NCBI GenBank assembly: GCA_030390025.1
Contig: JASTWF010000335.1
Span: forward strand, 496,001-532,512
Direction of reading: 5' to 3'
DNA length: 36,512 nucleotides
Origin: Squalus acanthias
Lineage: Eukaryota
Below are positions 10,581 to 21,335 of this stretch, piece by piece; position 1 is the stretch's first letter; every line of letters begins with the position of its first letter. A program made the translations under genes and the position numbers. Below the pieces are notes generated by a model that saw nothing but the letters and a program-made list of their open reading frames with translations, did not search any database and was not told where the DNA came from.

Positions 10581-12089
10581 CTTGCTTGTCTAGCCTCCCC
10601 TTAAATGCATCAAATGCATAAACGCTTCAACCTCTCCCTGTGGTAGCGAGTTCCACATTCTTTGGGTAAAGAAGTTTCTCCTGAATTCCCTATTGGATTT
10701 CTTGCTGACTATCTTATATTGATGGGCCTCTAGTTATGCTCTTCCCCATAAGTGGAAACACTCTCTCTGTATCCACTCTATCAACATTTTTCATAATTTT
10801 AAAGACCTCTATTAGGTCACCCCTCAGCCTTCTTATTTCAAGAGAAAAGAGACCCAGCCTGTTCATCCTTCCCTGATATGTATACCCTCGCATTTCTGGT
10901 ATCATCCTTGTAAATCTTCTCTGCACCCTCTCCAGTGCCTCTATATCCTTTTTATAATATGGCAACCAGAACTGTACGCAGTACTCCAAGTGTGGTCGAA
11001 CCAAGGTTCGATACAGGTTTAGCATAACTTCCCTACTTTTCAATTCTATCCCTCTAGAAATAAACCCTAGTGCTTGGTTTGCTTTTTTTAATGGCCTTGC
11101 TAACCTGTGTTGCAACTTTTAGTGATTTGTGTATTTGTACTCCTAGATCCCTTTGTTCCTCTACCCCACCTAGAGTCGCACCCTCCAAGTGATAAGTGAC
11201 CTCCCTATTCTTCCTACCAAAATGTAATACCTTGCATTTATCTGTGTTGAACTTCATTATATGCCCATTCTGCAAGTTTATTAATGTCCTCCTGTAACTT
11301 ATTGCCGTCCTCCCCAGTATTGACTATCCCCCCACCAATTTGATGTCATCCGCAAATTTAGAAATTGAGTTTTTGATTCCTAAGTCTAAATCGTTAATGT
11401 AAATTGTGAACAGCAGTGGTCCCAGCACTGATCCTTGTGGAACACCACTACCCACCTTCCTGCCACTGTGAATAGCTACCTTTACTCCCACTCTCTGCTT
11501 TCTGTCTTGAAGCCAGCCAGCAATCCATTCTGCTACTTGTCCCCTGACTCCGCATTCTCTGACCTTGTTCATCAGTCTATTATGGGGTACCTTATCGAAG
11601 ACCTTTTAAAAATCTAGATAGATTACATTTACTGCATTACCCTTGTCTACTCTCTCCGTTACCACTTCAAAAATTCAGTAAGGTTGGTCAAGCAAGACTT
11701 TCCCTTTTGAAATCCATGTTGGCTATTCATTATTATAGTTTTGGTTTCCAGATGTTCTATTTTCTACCACCAATGTTAAGCTGACTGGTCTATAATTCCC
11801 CGGACATGTTCTATCCCCCTTCTTAAATATTGGTATTATGTTAGCTATCCGCCAGTCCTCTGGCACTACACCTTTTTCTAACGAATTATTAAATATATGT
11901 AGTAATGCCTCTGCCATCTCTTCCCTAGATTCTTTTAAAATGCGTGGATGCAATCCATCTGGACATGGGGTTTTATCCTCTTTGAGTTTGATTAATTTAT
12001 TTAATATATCCCCTTTTTAATTTTAAATGCACTTATCTCATTACTAATCTCATCATCCAATGTCATGTCCACCTGTTCTATCTCCCTGG

Positions 12090-12432
12090 GAGTGCAGGAA
12101 CAGAGAGACCTGGGGGTGTATGTACATAAGTCTTTGAGGGTGACAGGGCAAGTTGAGAAGGCTGTTTAAAAAGCACATAGGATCCTTGGCTTTATTAATA
12201 GAGGCATAGAGTACAAAAGCAAGGAAGTTATGCTAAACCTTTTATAAAACATTGGTTAGGCCTCAGCTGGAGTATTGTGTCCAATTCTGGGCAGCGCACT
12301 TTAGAAAGGATGTCAAGGCCTTGGAGAGGGGATTTGCTGGAATAGTACCAGGGATGAGGAGCTTCAGTTATGTGGAGAGTCTGGAGAAGCTGGGGTTGTT
12401 TTCTTTAGAGCAGAGACGGTTAAGGGGAGATT
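12090..12432 (+). mobile_element. CR1 fragment (older subfamily)
   Basis: Peptide VRPQLEYCVQFWAAHFRKDVKALER...LGLFSLEQRRLRGD. Confidence 0.8.
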
Positions 12433-13487
12433 TTCCGAGTGGCAAGCAGTGACTAGTGGGGTACCGCAGGGATCGGTCCTTGGACGCCAGCTATTCACAA
12501 TATACATTAATGATCTAGATAAGGGAACTAAATGTAATATCTCCAAGTTTGCAGATGACACAAAGCTGGGTGGGCGTGTGTGCTGCGAGGAGGATACCGA
12601 GAAACTCCAGGATGATTTGGACAGGTTGGGTGATTGGGCAGAAGCGTGGCAGATGCAATATAACGTGGATAAATGTGAGGTTATCCGCTTTGGTGTCAAA
12701 AACAGAAAGGCAGACTATTATCTGAATGGCAATAGATTGGGAGAAGGGGAAGTGTAACGAGACCTGGGTGTTCTTGTGCACCAGTCGCTGAAGGTAAGCA
12801 TGCAGGTGCAGCAGGCGGTGAAGAAGGCAAATGGTATGTTGGCCTTCATAGCGAAAGGGTTTGAGTATAGGAACAGCGATGTCCTGCTGCAGTTGTACAG
12901 GGCCTTGGTGAGACCACACCTTGAGTACTGTGTGCAGTTTTGGTCGCCTTATCTGAGGAAGGATGTTCTTGCCATGGAAGGAGTTCAGCGAAGATTCACA
13001 AGGCTGATACCTGGGATGGCAGGAATGACATATGAGGAGAGATTAGGTCGATTGGGCTTATACTCGCTGGAGTATAGCAGAATGAGAGGGGATTTCATCG
13101 AAACATATAAAATTCTGACAGGTCTGGACAAACTAGATGCAGGAAGAATGTTCCCGATGGTCGGAGAGTCCAGAACCAGGGGTCATAATCTAAGGATAAG
13201 GGATAAGCCATTTAGGACAGAAATGAGGAAGAATTTCTTCGCCCAGAGAGTGGGGAACCTGTGGAATTCTCTACCACAGAAGGTAGTTGAGGCCAAGTCA
13301 TTAAATATATTCAAAAATGAGTTAGATATATTTCTTAAAGCTAAAGGTATCAAGGGATATGGGGAGAAGGCAGGTACAGGGTACTGAGTTTGGATGATCA
13401 GCCATGATCTCATCGTATGGCGGAGCAGGCTCGAGGGGCCGAATGGCCTACTCCTGCTCCTATCTTCTATGTTCTATGTCTATGTCT
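12433..13487 (+). mobile_element. CR1 LINE, 5'-truncated, young subfamily
   Basis: ORFs 12449-12757 and 12776-13387 are in the same frame, split by a premature TAA; CR1 3' tail present. Confidence 0.93.
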
Positions 13488-13725
13488 ATTTACTAGAATG
13501 GTACCAGGGATGGGGGACTTCAGTTATGTGGAGAGACTGGAGAAGCTGGGATTGTTCTCCTTAGAGCAGAGACAGTTAAGGGGAGATTGACCAGAATGGT
13601 ACCAGGGATGAGGGACTTCAGTTACGTGGAGAGACTGGAGAAGCTGGGATTGTTCTCCTGGGAGCAGAGACGGTTAAGGGAAGATTTACTAGAATGGTAC
13701 CGGGGATGAGGGACTTCAGTTATGT
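13488..13725 (+). repeat. 98-bp tandem repeat of CR1 ORF2 sequence (~2.4 copies, plus one at 12334-12432)
   Basis: agaatggtacc recurs at 13495, 13593 and 13691. Confidence 0.88.
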
Positions 13726-13726
13726 G

Positions 13727-13960
13727 TGTTTTTTATTCATTCCTGGGATGTGGGCGTCGCTGGCAAGGCCAGCATTTATTGCCCATCTCTAGTTGCCCCT
13801 TGAGAAGGTGGTGGTGAGCTGCCTTCTTGAACCACTGCAGTCCGTGTGGTGAAGGTACTCCCACAGTGCTGTTCGGGAGGGAGTTCCAGGATTTTGACCC
13901 AGCGACTATGAAGGAACAGCGATATATTTCCAAGTCAGGATGGTGTGTGACTTGAAGGGG
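13727..13960 (-). mobile_element. 3' end of another CR1-group LINE
   Basis: Minus-strand peptide SFIVAGSKSWNSLPNSTVG...FKKAAHHHLLKG and tail ending gaatgaataaaa. Confidence 0.65.
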
Positions 13961-14049
13961 CCACTGGGCTTGGTGTGCCTTTGTCTTGTCCGGTGCCTAG
14001 ATTGATGCCAGATGCTCTATCCGGTTTTTTTCCTTAGTCTACATCTTTG

Positions 14050-14390
14050 TAGTGGTTTCGTACAGCTGAGTGTCTTGCTGGACCATTTCAGAGGGCAGTT
14101 AAGAGTCAAGCACATTGCCCCGGGTCTGGAGTCACATATAGGCCAGACCGGGTAAGGACGGCAGATTTCCTTCCCCAAAGGACATTAGTGAACCAGATGA
14201 GTTTTTATGACAATCCGATAGTTTCATGGTCACCATTACTGATACTAGCTTTTTCTTCCAGCTTTATTTAATTAACTGAATTTGAATACCCCAGCCTGCC
14301 GTGGTGGGATTTGAACTCATGCCTCCAGATCATTAGTCCAGGCCTCTAGATTACTAGTCCAGCAACATAACCACTATGCTACTGTATCCC
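14050..14390 (-). mobile_element. tRNA-derived SINE
   Basis: Minus-strand head gtagcatagtggtt (A box) ... gagttcaaatccc (B box). Confidence 0.65.
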
Positions 14391-14391
14391 T

Positions 14392-15287
14392 AAACAGACT
14401 TGAGGGGCTGAATGGCCTCCTCCTGTTCCTGTGTAACAGGCTCGAGGGGGCTGAACGGCCTCCTCCTGTTCCTGTGTAACAGGCTCGAGGGGCTGACTGG
14501 GCCTCCTCCTGTTCCTGTGTAACAGGCTCGAGGTGGCTGAATGACCTCCTCCTGTTCCTGTCTAACAGGCTCGAGGGATCTGAATGGCCTCCTCCTGTTC
14601 CTGTGTAACAAGCTCGAGGGGGCTGAATGGGCCTCCTCCTGTTCCTGTGTAACAGGCTCGAGGGGCTGAATGGGCCTCCTCCTATTCCTGTGTAACAGGC
14701 TCGAGGGGCTGACTGGGCCTCCTCCTGTTCCTGTGTAACAGGCTCGAGCGGTCTGAATGGCCTCCTCCTGTTCCTGTGTAACAAGCTCGAGGGGCTGAAT
14801 GACCTCCTGTTCCTATGTAACAGACTCGAGGGGCTGAATAACCTCCTCCTGTTCCTGTGTAACAGACTCGAGGGGCTGAATGGGCCTCCTCCTGTTCCTG
14901 TGTAACAGACTCGAGGGGGCTGAATGACCTCCTGTTCCTATGTAACAGACTCGAGGGGCTGAATGACCTCCTCCTGTTCCTGTGTAACAGACTCGAGGGG
15001 TCTGAACGGCCTCCTCCTGTTCCTGTGTAACAGACTCGAGGGGGCTGAATGGCCTCCTCCTGTTCCTAGTGTAACAGGCTCGAGGGGCTGAATGGCCTCC
15101 TCCTGTTCCTGTGTAACAGACTCAAGGGGCTGACTGGGCCTCCTCCTGTTCCTGTGTAACAGGCTCGAGGGGCTGAATGGCCTCCTCCTGTTCCTGTGTA
15201 ACAGACTCGAGGGGCTGAATGGCCTCCTCCTGTTCCTGTGTAACAGGCTCGAGGGGCTGAATGGCCTCCTCCTGTTCCTATGTTCCT
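14392..15287. repeat. Minisatellite, ~42-bp unit (aacaggctcgaggggctgaatggcctcctcctgttcctgtgt), ~21 copies, derived from the CR1 3'UTR
   Basis: The unit matches the CR1 terminus caggctcgaggggccgaatggcctactcctgctcct (e.g. 3873-3908). The array ends in a CR1-like tail ctatgttcctaa. Confidence 0.92.
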
Positions 15288-15349
15288 AATTGAGCCAAAT
15301 ATTCTTCAACTGGAAAGTGTTTCCCCTTGCATTACCCGGACTCCGCCAA

Positions 15350-15370
15350 CTTGTTTCTTTTATTTTACAG
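15350..15370 (+). promoter_or_regulatory. Splice acceptor of the B3GALT5 coding exon
   Basis: Polypyrimidine tract ttgtttctttattttacAG|G, 12 nt upstream of the ATG at 15383. Confidence 0.75.
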
Positions 15371-15382
15371 GTGATTTAAAAC

Positions 15383-16321
15383 ATGAAGATATTTTCTGGT
15401 GCAATATGTCGCAAGTTACTTCCAAAGAAGAACCTTTTAGTTGTTTGTCTATTCTTTTTGTTGATTATACACGGTTATTCAAAATACAACGACAGTCATC
15501 ACCCGAAGTTAAATGACGACTCTTTCTTAATGCGGCCCGATAGCCAGTGTGACGTCAGCCCCCCATTCCTGGTCCTCCTTGTCACCAGTGCCCAGGACCA
15601 GTCCGAAGCTCGCTCGGCCATTCGCCAGACCTGGGGGAGAGAGCGGACAACACACGGCATGAGGGTGGTGACCTACTTCCTGCTCGGGTACAGCCGGCAG
15701 CACCAGAAGCGGCTGCAGGCCGAAGGTCGCCGGCACAGGGACATCATCCAGAAAGATTTCAGCGACACTTATTATAACCTGACCACCAAGGTGCTGATGG
15801 GCCTGGAGTGGGTGAGCCGGTTCTGCCCCTCCACCTCCTTTGTCATGAAAACCGACTCGGACATGTTTGTCAACGCCGATTACCTGAGGGAGCTCTTGTC
15901 GCGCACCAGCGGAAGGAACATCTTCACCGGCTTCATAATGAGCCACTATCGGCCCATCAGGGACCAATCCAGTAAATGGTACGTGAGTCCAGAGGAATAC
16001 CCCCTGGAAACGTATCCGGTGTTCTGCTCCGGCACCGGGTACGTGCTCTCGGCCGACATCGCCGGCCAGGTCTGGAACGTTTCGAAGAGCGTCCCCCTAT
16101 TCAAGCTGGAGGACGTCTACATCGGCCTCTGTTTGGCGGTGTTGAAGATCGCGCCGGTGGAAATCCACCCGCGGCCCACGTTCTACAACACAAAGGTCAC
16201 CTTTTCGGTCTGCGGCTTTCGCCAACTCGTGACCTCTCACCTGGTGAAGCCCGATGAGCTGCTGACCTACTGGAAGGAGCTGAACGCCTTCGCGACAGAG
16301 GACTGCCCTGGAGGTGCGTGA
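15383..16321 (+). CDS. B3GALT5: Beta-1,3-galactosyltransferase 5-like (GT31), 312 aa, single coding exon
   Basis: N-terminal transmembrane anchor (LLVVCLFFLLII); motifs PFLVLLVTS, AIRQTWG, DIIQKDF.D.YYNLT, FVMKTDSDMF (DxD), FCSGTGYV, QV.NVSKSVP, KLEDVYIGLCL and C-terminal EDCP match mammalian B3GALT5 as I recall it. Confidence 0.92.
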   Translation: MKIFSGAICRKLLPKKNLLVVCLFFLLIIHGYSKYNDSHHPKLNDDSFLMRPDSQCDVSPPFLVLLVTSAQDQSEARSAIRQTWGRERTTHGMRVVTYFLLGYSRQHQKRLQAEGRRHRDIIQKDFSDTYYNLTTKVLMGLEWVSRFCPSTSFVMKTDSDMFVNADYLRELLSRTSGRNIFTGFIMSHYRPIRDQSSKWYVSPEEYPLETYPVFCSGTGYVLSADIAGQVWNVSKSVPLFKLEDVYIGLCLAVLKIAPVEIHPRPTFYNTKVTFSVCGFRQLVTSHLVKPDELLTYWKELNAFATEDCPGGA

Positions 16322-16559
16322 AGGTGGCCACCTGGAAGAGCCGTGCCCTTCGACCCTTCCAATGCCACTTGACCCAATCCCTTTATTGTGCAGCCCGGTT
16401 TCGCCCTTGTAAGAGCCCATCACTGCTGTCGCTGTTGGGGTGCCGGCAGAATGCTCAAGTGCTTTCAGATGTTTCTCGGAGATGCGACAAGGCGTTGGGG
16501 CTCCCCATCCTCTGTTGGAAATTGTGCACCTACATTCATTTCCTCCTTTCTCTTCACAT

Positions 16560-17758
16560 TGATTCTGGAAACGGCCCGTATAAACTGGTCATGCTGAACG
16601 TGCACCCTCCGTCCAGTGGCGGTGCTGGAGAGCCTGAGAAGAAAGTTGACTCTCTTGCCTCGATTAGGCAGGGAATTGATTATATTGGCATGTCACTTAA
16701 TCAAATAAATGAGTCTGTCGTTGGACTCTTGCACAAACCAGATGTTGGAATGGCGCTTCATCAAATAAATGAGTCTCTCGTTGGAATCTTGCATATGCTT
16801 AAACCACTTTCTGCTGCCATTACGATAGCAAAATACCGCGGATGCTGGAAATCCGAAATAACAACAGAAAACGCTGGAAAAACTCAGCAGGCCAGACAAC
16901 ATCCGTGGAGAGAGAAAGAGAGTTAATGTTTCAGGTCGAAACCCTTCGTCGGAACTGAAAGAGCAGGAAATAAACAGATAAAAATGCAAGGGGGAGGCTG
17001 AGGGGAGGAATAAAAGAACAAAAGGGATGGTCTATGGTAAGTAGAGACATTAAGAGATGCTCAAGGCAAGACGACATGGTAATAGGACAGGTTAAGAAAC
17101 AAAAGGTAAGGTGTGAAATGCTGGCAGAATGAGAGACAGCTGCCGTGGGGGGAGAGAGAGAAAAAAAAGGAAAAAGGCACGGACCAAAAGGGTGGATAAA
17201 ATGTATACATGTGTGGTAGGGGCCGGGGTTATGATCTGAAATTGTTGAACTCGATATTGAGTCCGGAAGGCTGTAAAGTGCCTAAACGGAAGATGAGGTG
17301 CTGTTCCTGGAGCTTACGCTGCGTTTCCGTGGAACAATGTAAGAGGCCGAGGACGGTGAGGTCTGAGTGAGCGTGGAGGGGTGAATTAAAATGACAAGCG
17401 ACCGGAAGCTCGGGGTCACCCTTACGGACTGAACGGAGGTGTTCCGCAAAGCGGTCACCCAATCTGCGTTTGGTCTCCCCAATGTAGAGGAGACCACATC
17501 GTGAGCAGCGTTTCTGCTGCCATTACTTTGACTCCCGCAGAACCGCCCTCACCTGCTCCCAGCGCAGAAACAGTGCGGGCCCAAGAGCCAGCTGCTCCGC
17601 CAGTTGTGATGCAAGCAAACGTTGCCTTGCAGCAGCAGCAGCAGCAGCAACCCTGTCAGGAGGCAATTGCTGAAGGGCAAGAGATGGCACACAGGTCCCT
17701 TTCAAGTCGCAGCACAGGGCTCCGGGCACGGGGAGCGGGAAAGCGCAGGAGACGGTAG
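16560..17758 (+). pseudogene. C-terminal exon remnant of the accessory (Myb-type) gene of older Harbinger element B, split by a Penelope insertion
   Basis: Removing 16824-17510 and one TSD copy joins ...HMLKPLSAAIT to LTPAEPPSP...RARGAGKRRRR* in frame. The helical, Pro/Ala-rich, basic-tail architecture parallels exon 3 of element A. The left boundary is approximate and no Myb domain is visible. Confidence 0.55.
16824..17510 (-). mobile_element. Penelope-like element, 5'-truncated (GIY-YIG endonuclease C-terminus and pLTR)
   Basis: Peptide YIGETKRRLGDRFAEH...VACHFN...EQHLIFRLGTLQPSGLN; 16-bp direct repeat TTTCTGCTGCCATTAC at 16808-16823 and 17511-17526. Confidence 0.88.
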
Positions 17759-18370
17759 GGTGTCACCTTTTGCACAATGCACATCCATTGACCCTCAGGC
17801 ACAGATGCGAGGGGGCAAATCGTTCAATTGTTTAATTTTTCGTTTTATTTAAATGTTAAGGGCTAAAAATTCAGTTGGTTGCGCCTCCCGTTAGCGCCTT
17901 AAGAGGGCGCTAATGGGGCGCAAAGCAGCTAGCGCGCAGGCGCACCGAAGTTTGCGCCGCTCACGAACTTAACTAGACATTTTGCGGCGGCGCTAAACTT
18001 AATCGCCGCGATCTCCTGCGCACGCAGATTCTGACGTCATACGAGGGTGCAACGCCCTTGTGGCGCCCCGGAGCAGAAATTGAGTGGCGCCCCCATCCTT
18101 ACCGCCTGGCGCATCCAACGACCGGAAGACTGGAACGCTATCAATCGCTGTGGGGCTGGGGGGGGCGCTATTTAAAGGGGGCCCCTTCCTGTCTTTCTCT
18201 GTGGTTGACATTTTTGCACCACTCGTTCTGAGAGAGAGAGAGAGATTCGGAGAGAGAGAAAGAGAGACTTCTGCATTGAGTCAACGCTGTGTGAGGTAGT
18301 TTTGGCTACTGATCATAACTTCGCTGGTACTTTGGTTTTTGGCCTTCATAACTTTGCTTGCTAAGAGACT

Positions 18371-19522
18371 ATGGGGGCTGCACTGATTGGGGGCGTCGTC
18401 CTGCGCCAGCTGAATCGGAGGACACAGAGACGCAGAGAGAGAGTGGCAATGATGGCCAGACGGAGGAGGGCCAACAGGCGTCTGTACAGGAGAGCTTACC
18501 CTCCCAGGGTATATCGTGAACAGCTCTCCTACATTCATATGTCTGATGAGCAGTGTTTGCGAAGGCTGCGCTTCAGCAAGGAGGTGCTCACTGAGCTCTG
18601 CCACCTGCTGCAGCCAGATCTGCAGCCTCAACTGAGGTCCAGGACGTCTCTGTCGGTGGCAGTGAAGATCACAGTGGCTCTGAACTTTTATGCTACTGGC
18701 TCATTTCAATCTGCTGCTGGGGACCTCGCCAATATCTCCCAGTTCGCGGTGCATTGCTGCATCCGTCATGTCACAAATGCCCTCTTTAAAAGGAGACGAG
18801 AGTACATCTCTTTCCCCATGACCCCAGACAAGCAGCATGAACGCGCTCTGGGCTTTGCGAGGATAGCGGGCTTCCCCATGGTGCAGGGCGCCATTGACTG
18901 CACGCATGTGGCTTTGCGTGCTCCGCATGAGATTGCCGAGGATTTCCGGAACAGAAAGGGGTTCCATTCCTTGAATGTGCAGTTGGTCTGTGACCACAGA
19001 CAGGTGATACTCGCTGTCAATGCCCACTATCCGGGCAGCTGCCACGATGCTTTCATCCTGCGCCAGACTACTGTGGCAGAACTTTTCGAGGCACCGCATC
19101 AGCCAGTTGGTTGGCTTCTCGGGGACAAGGGGTATCCACTGAGCACCTGGCTGATGACACCGCTCCATACGCCCAACACCCCTGCTGAGCTGCGGTACAA
19201 CGAGAGCCATCAAGCTACCAGGAACATCGTTGAGCACACAATCGGCGTGCTGAAGCAACAGTTCCGCTGTCTGGACCATTCTGGAGGAGCCCTGCAGTAC
19301 TCGCCCGAGCGAGTTTCCCACTTCGTAGTTGTGTGCTGCATGCTGCATAACATGGCAATCCTCAGGACCCAGCCAATGCCACCAGGCCTTGGAGCACCAC
19401 CAGAGGAGGAGGAGGAAGAGGAGGAGGAGGATGATCATCAGCAGCACCAAGGCGGGAGGGCGGCCCACAATGGTGAAACTGCAAGGGCCGTCCGTCAACG
19501 GCTGATAGCAAGCCGCTTCTAG
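18371..19522 (+). CDS. Harbinger transposase (HARBI1-like DDE nuclease), intact, 383 aa
   Basis: Motifs GAIDCTH, NRKGFHSLNVQLVCD, PGSCHDAFI, LGDKGY, RNIVEHTIGVLK and CCMLHN; no stops. Confidence 0.93.
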   Translation: MGAALIGGVVLRQLNRRTQRRRERVAMMARRRRANRRLYRRAYPPRVYREQLSYIHMSDEQCLRRLRFSKEVLTELCHLLQPDLQPQLRSRTSLSVAVKITVALNFYATGSFQSAAGDLANISQFAVHCCIRHVTNALFKRRREYISFPMTPDKQHERALGFARIAGFPMVQGAIDCTHVALRAPHEIAEDFRNRKGFHSLNVQLVCDHRQVILAVNAHYPGSCHDAFILRQTTVAELFEAPHQPVGWLLGDKGYPLSTWLMTPLHTPNTPAELRYNESHQATRNIVEHTIGVLKQQFRCLDHSGGALQYSPERVSHFVVVCCMLHNMAILRTQPMPPGLGAPPEEEEEEEEEDDHQQHQGGRAAHNGETARAVRQRLIASRF

Positions 19523-19833
19523 GCCCCTGCTGAGGAAATGGCTTCTGCCATTGAGGACAACATGAATGAAACCAACCCGCAACCCCTAAGCCGGCCAAGG
19601 CAGTAATGATTCCAAAGACCAAACATGTACATTTTGAATACAAAAACTTATTTATTTTACAAACTCTGTGTGTGTCATTTCCTCATGACAAACTAATAGA
19701 AAGAAATACAAAAAAACAGTCATTAACATAACTGGTTCTCACAACCTGGAGATAATGTCCAAAACACTAAACAAAAGTTTAAACACGAACCTCGGCCTTT
19801 AATAAAAAATTGACAAACATTTTGTCACACCTC

Positions 19834-20729
19834 CTACTTTTTGCCCTTCGAGGGTGATCTCCTTCCCTTGCGCACTTCCCCCCTTCCCATCCTACTGCTC
19901 CTCCGTAATGGGACCTCAGTGGCTGCAGCAAGGCTGGTGGAAGGCTGCTGATTCTCATAACCTGAGACTGCAGATGCCCTTGAAGGACGGCCTCGACCAG
20001 CTCTGGGCCTGGAGGGCCCGGCTGCAGACTGCACCAACTCTGCATGGGCGGCAGCAGTCTGTCCTACAGGCGGTGGCAAGTGCAGTGGAGAAGTGACAGT
20101 GGTGGCAGCAGGAATGCTGTCATCTTGAGAGAGGACAGCAACTCCCTGCTCGACCGACACACTGGCACTCCCACGGGGCAGCACTTCAGCATCCGGAGCA
20201 ATCTGCTGGAGCACAGATTGCTGGCCTGCTGCGGCGCGGTGAGAGCCCCGGGGAAATGTGTCCGAACCATCGAGGATGGCAGCAGTCAGTGCTCGCATGG
20301 CCTCAATCTGAGTCTGCATGACAGCAGTCTGAGACTGAATTGCAGCACTAAGCTGTAGCGTGGCATCCGCCTGTGCTACAGCGAAGTGCTCCACACTCCT
20401 TGCCACTGATTCAATGCATTCGGGCACCCTTCCCACTGCACCCATGAGCTCAGTGTGCATATCCACCGCCTGGGTGTTCATTTCAGCGATGAGCCGCCCC
20501 CGAGCTTCCCTACCCCCATCGTGTTGCTGCAGCCCGCTGGGTCCTGGAGCTTCACCCTCATCAGACCCTTCCCCCCTGCTCCCCTCCAGGGAAGGCGTGT
20601 TCCCAGTGTGGGCATGGGCTTCCTCGGGAGAGGGTGGCACTGATGCTCCGCCTTCATCTTCCTCCTCGGCTGCAGCTTCACTTCCACTGGCAGCTTGAAG
20701 GCCCGTCTCCTCAGCTGGTGAATCACCAT
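19834..20729 (-). CDS. Harbinger A Myb/SANT-like gene exon 3
   Basis: Acceptor ctgctttcAG; phase-compatible with exon 2; open to the stop at 19834. The repaired spliced product is ~431 aa. Confidence 0.78.
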
Positions 20730-20888
20730 CTGAAAGCAGGGAGGTACAAGAGTGGCTTTAGCGTGAGGACAGGGTGGCAGTAAGGGAGGAATAAGTGCAG
20801 CGATTTAGTAAGTTGGATTGAAAGTGTCAAAGGCTGGTGTTGTGAGGGACAAGTGGAAGGACAGAGGACAAAAAGGTGATGACCTTAC

Positions 20889-21051
20889 CATTGCTGTCCA
20901 GAACGGGGTCGGCGTCTCCAGTGGCGACGGGACCGATCACCCGGCTTGCCACAATCCTGTGGACGCGCTCCTCAAGATCGCTGAGGGGTTGCAGCTGAGG
21001 CCGCCCTCCACCCGTCCGTTGCTGCTGTCTCCTATTATGAGACAGCTTGGC
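20889..21051 (-). CDS. Harbinger A Myb/SANT-like gene exon 2
   Basis: Acceptor ttcttgcAG and donor GTAAG; peptide AKLSHNRRQQQRTGGGRP...LSDLEERV has the TGGG motif typical of this family. Confidence 0.8.
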
Positions 21052-21085
21052 CTGCAAGAAAAAGGACGGCGTCTGAGTAAATATA

Positions 21086-21193
21086 CAGCCATGGTCTTGC
21101 CTGATGTGCCTCCCATAGGTGAATAGCCCTTACTGTATGCAGCCATGGTCTTGCCTGATGTGCCTCCCATAGGTGAATAGCCCTTACTGTATG
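21086..21193. repeat. Perfect 54-bp tandem duplication in intron 1 of the Myb gene
   Basis: cagccatggtcttgcctgatgtgcctcccataggtgaatagcccttactgtatg occurs twice (21086, 21140). Confidence 0.95.
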
Positions 21194-21335
21194 CAAAGTG
21201 TGGAATGTGTGTGTGTATTTCATGAAAGGGCCATAGGTGTTGGATGAGTGTTGTGTATTGGGGTTTTAAGACCCTCTGGCCATAGAGTGAGGTTGAGATG
21301 GAGGGATGGAGAGGTATTGAGAAAAAGCCACTCAC

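Larger units (their letters stand above)
10236..12085 (-). mobile_element. CR1 LINE (RT region to 3'UTR), degraded, interrupted by a Penelope-like piece
   Basis: Minus-strand ORFs with [36 protein letters not shown] and LEYCVQFW. Confidence 0.88.

Noticed and set aside
14392..15287. CRISPR-like regular repeat array
   Set aside because: No unique spacers, no cas genes, eukaryotic context; the unit derives from the CR1 3'UTR.
16318..16926. 202-aa ORF overlapping the B3GALT5 stop (GTGA), operon-like coupling
   Set aside because: GTG start in a vertebrate; it is a chimera of UTR, transposon exon and Penelope sequence.
18371..19522. Domesticated host HARBI1 gene
   Set aside because: It is bounded by TIRs and a TSD, is intronless, and has MITE relatives, so it is a transposon copy.
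18701..19582. 293-aa antisense ORF over the transposase (also 15527-15967 over B3GALT5)
   Set aside because: Shadow frames of GC-rich coding sequence with no recognisable motifs.
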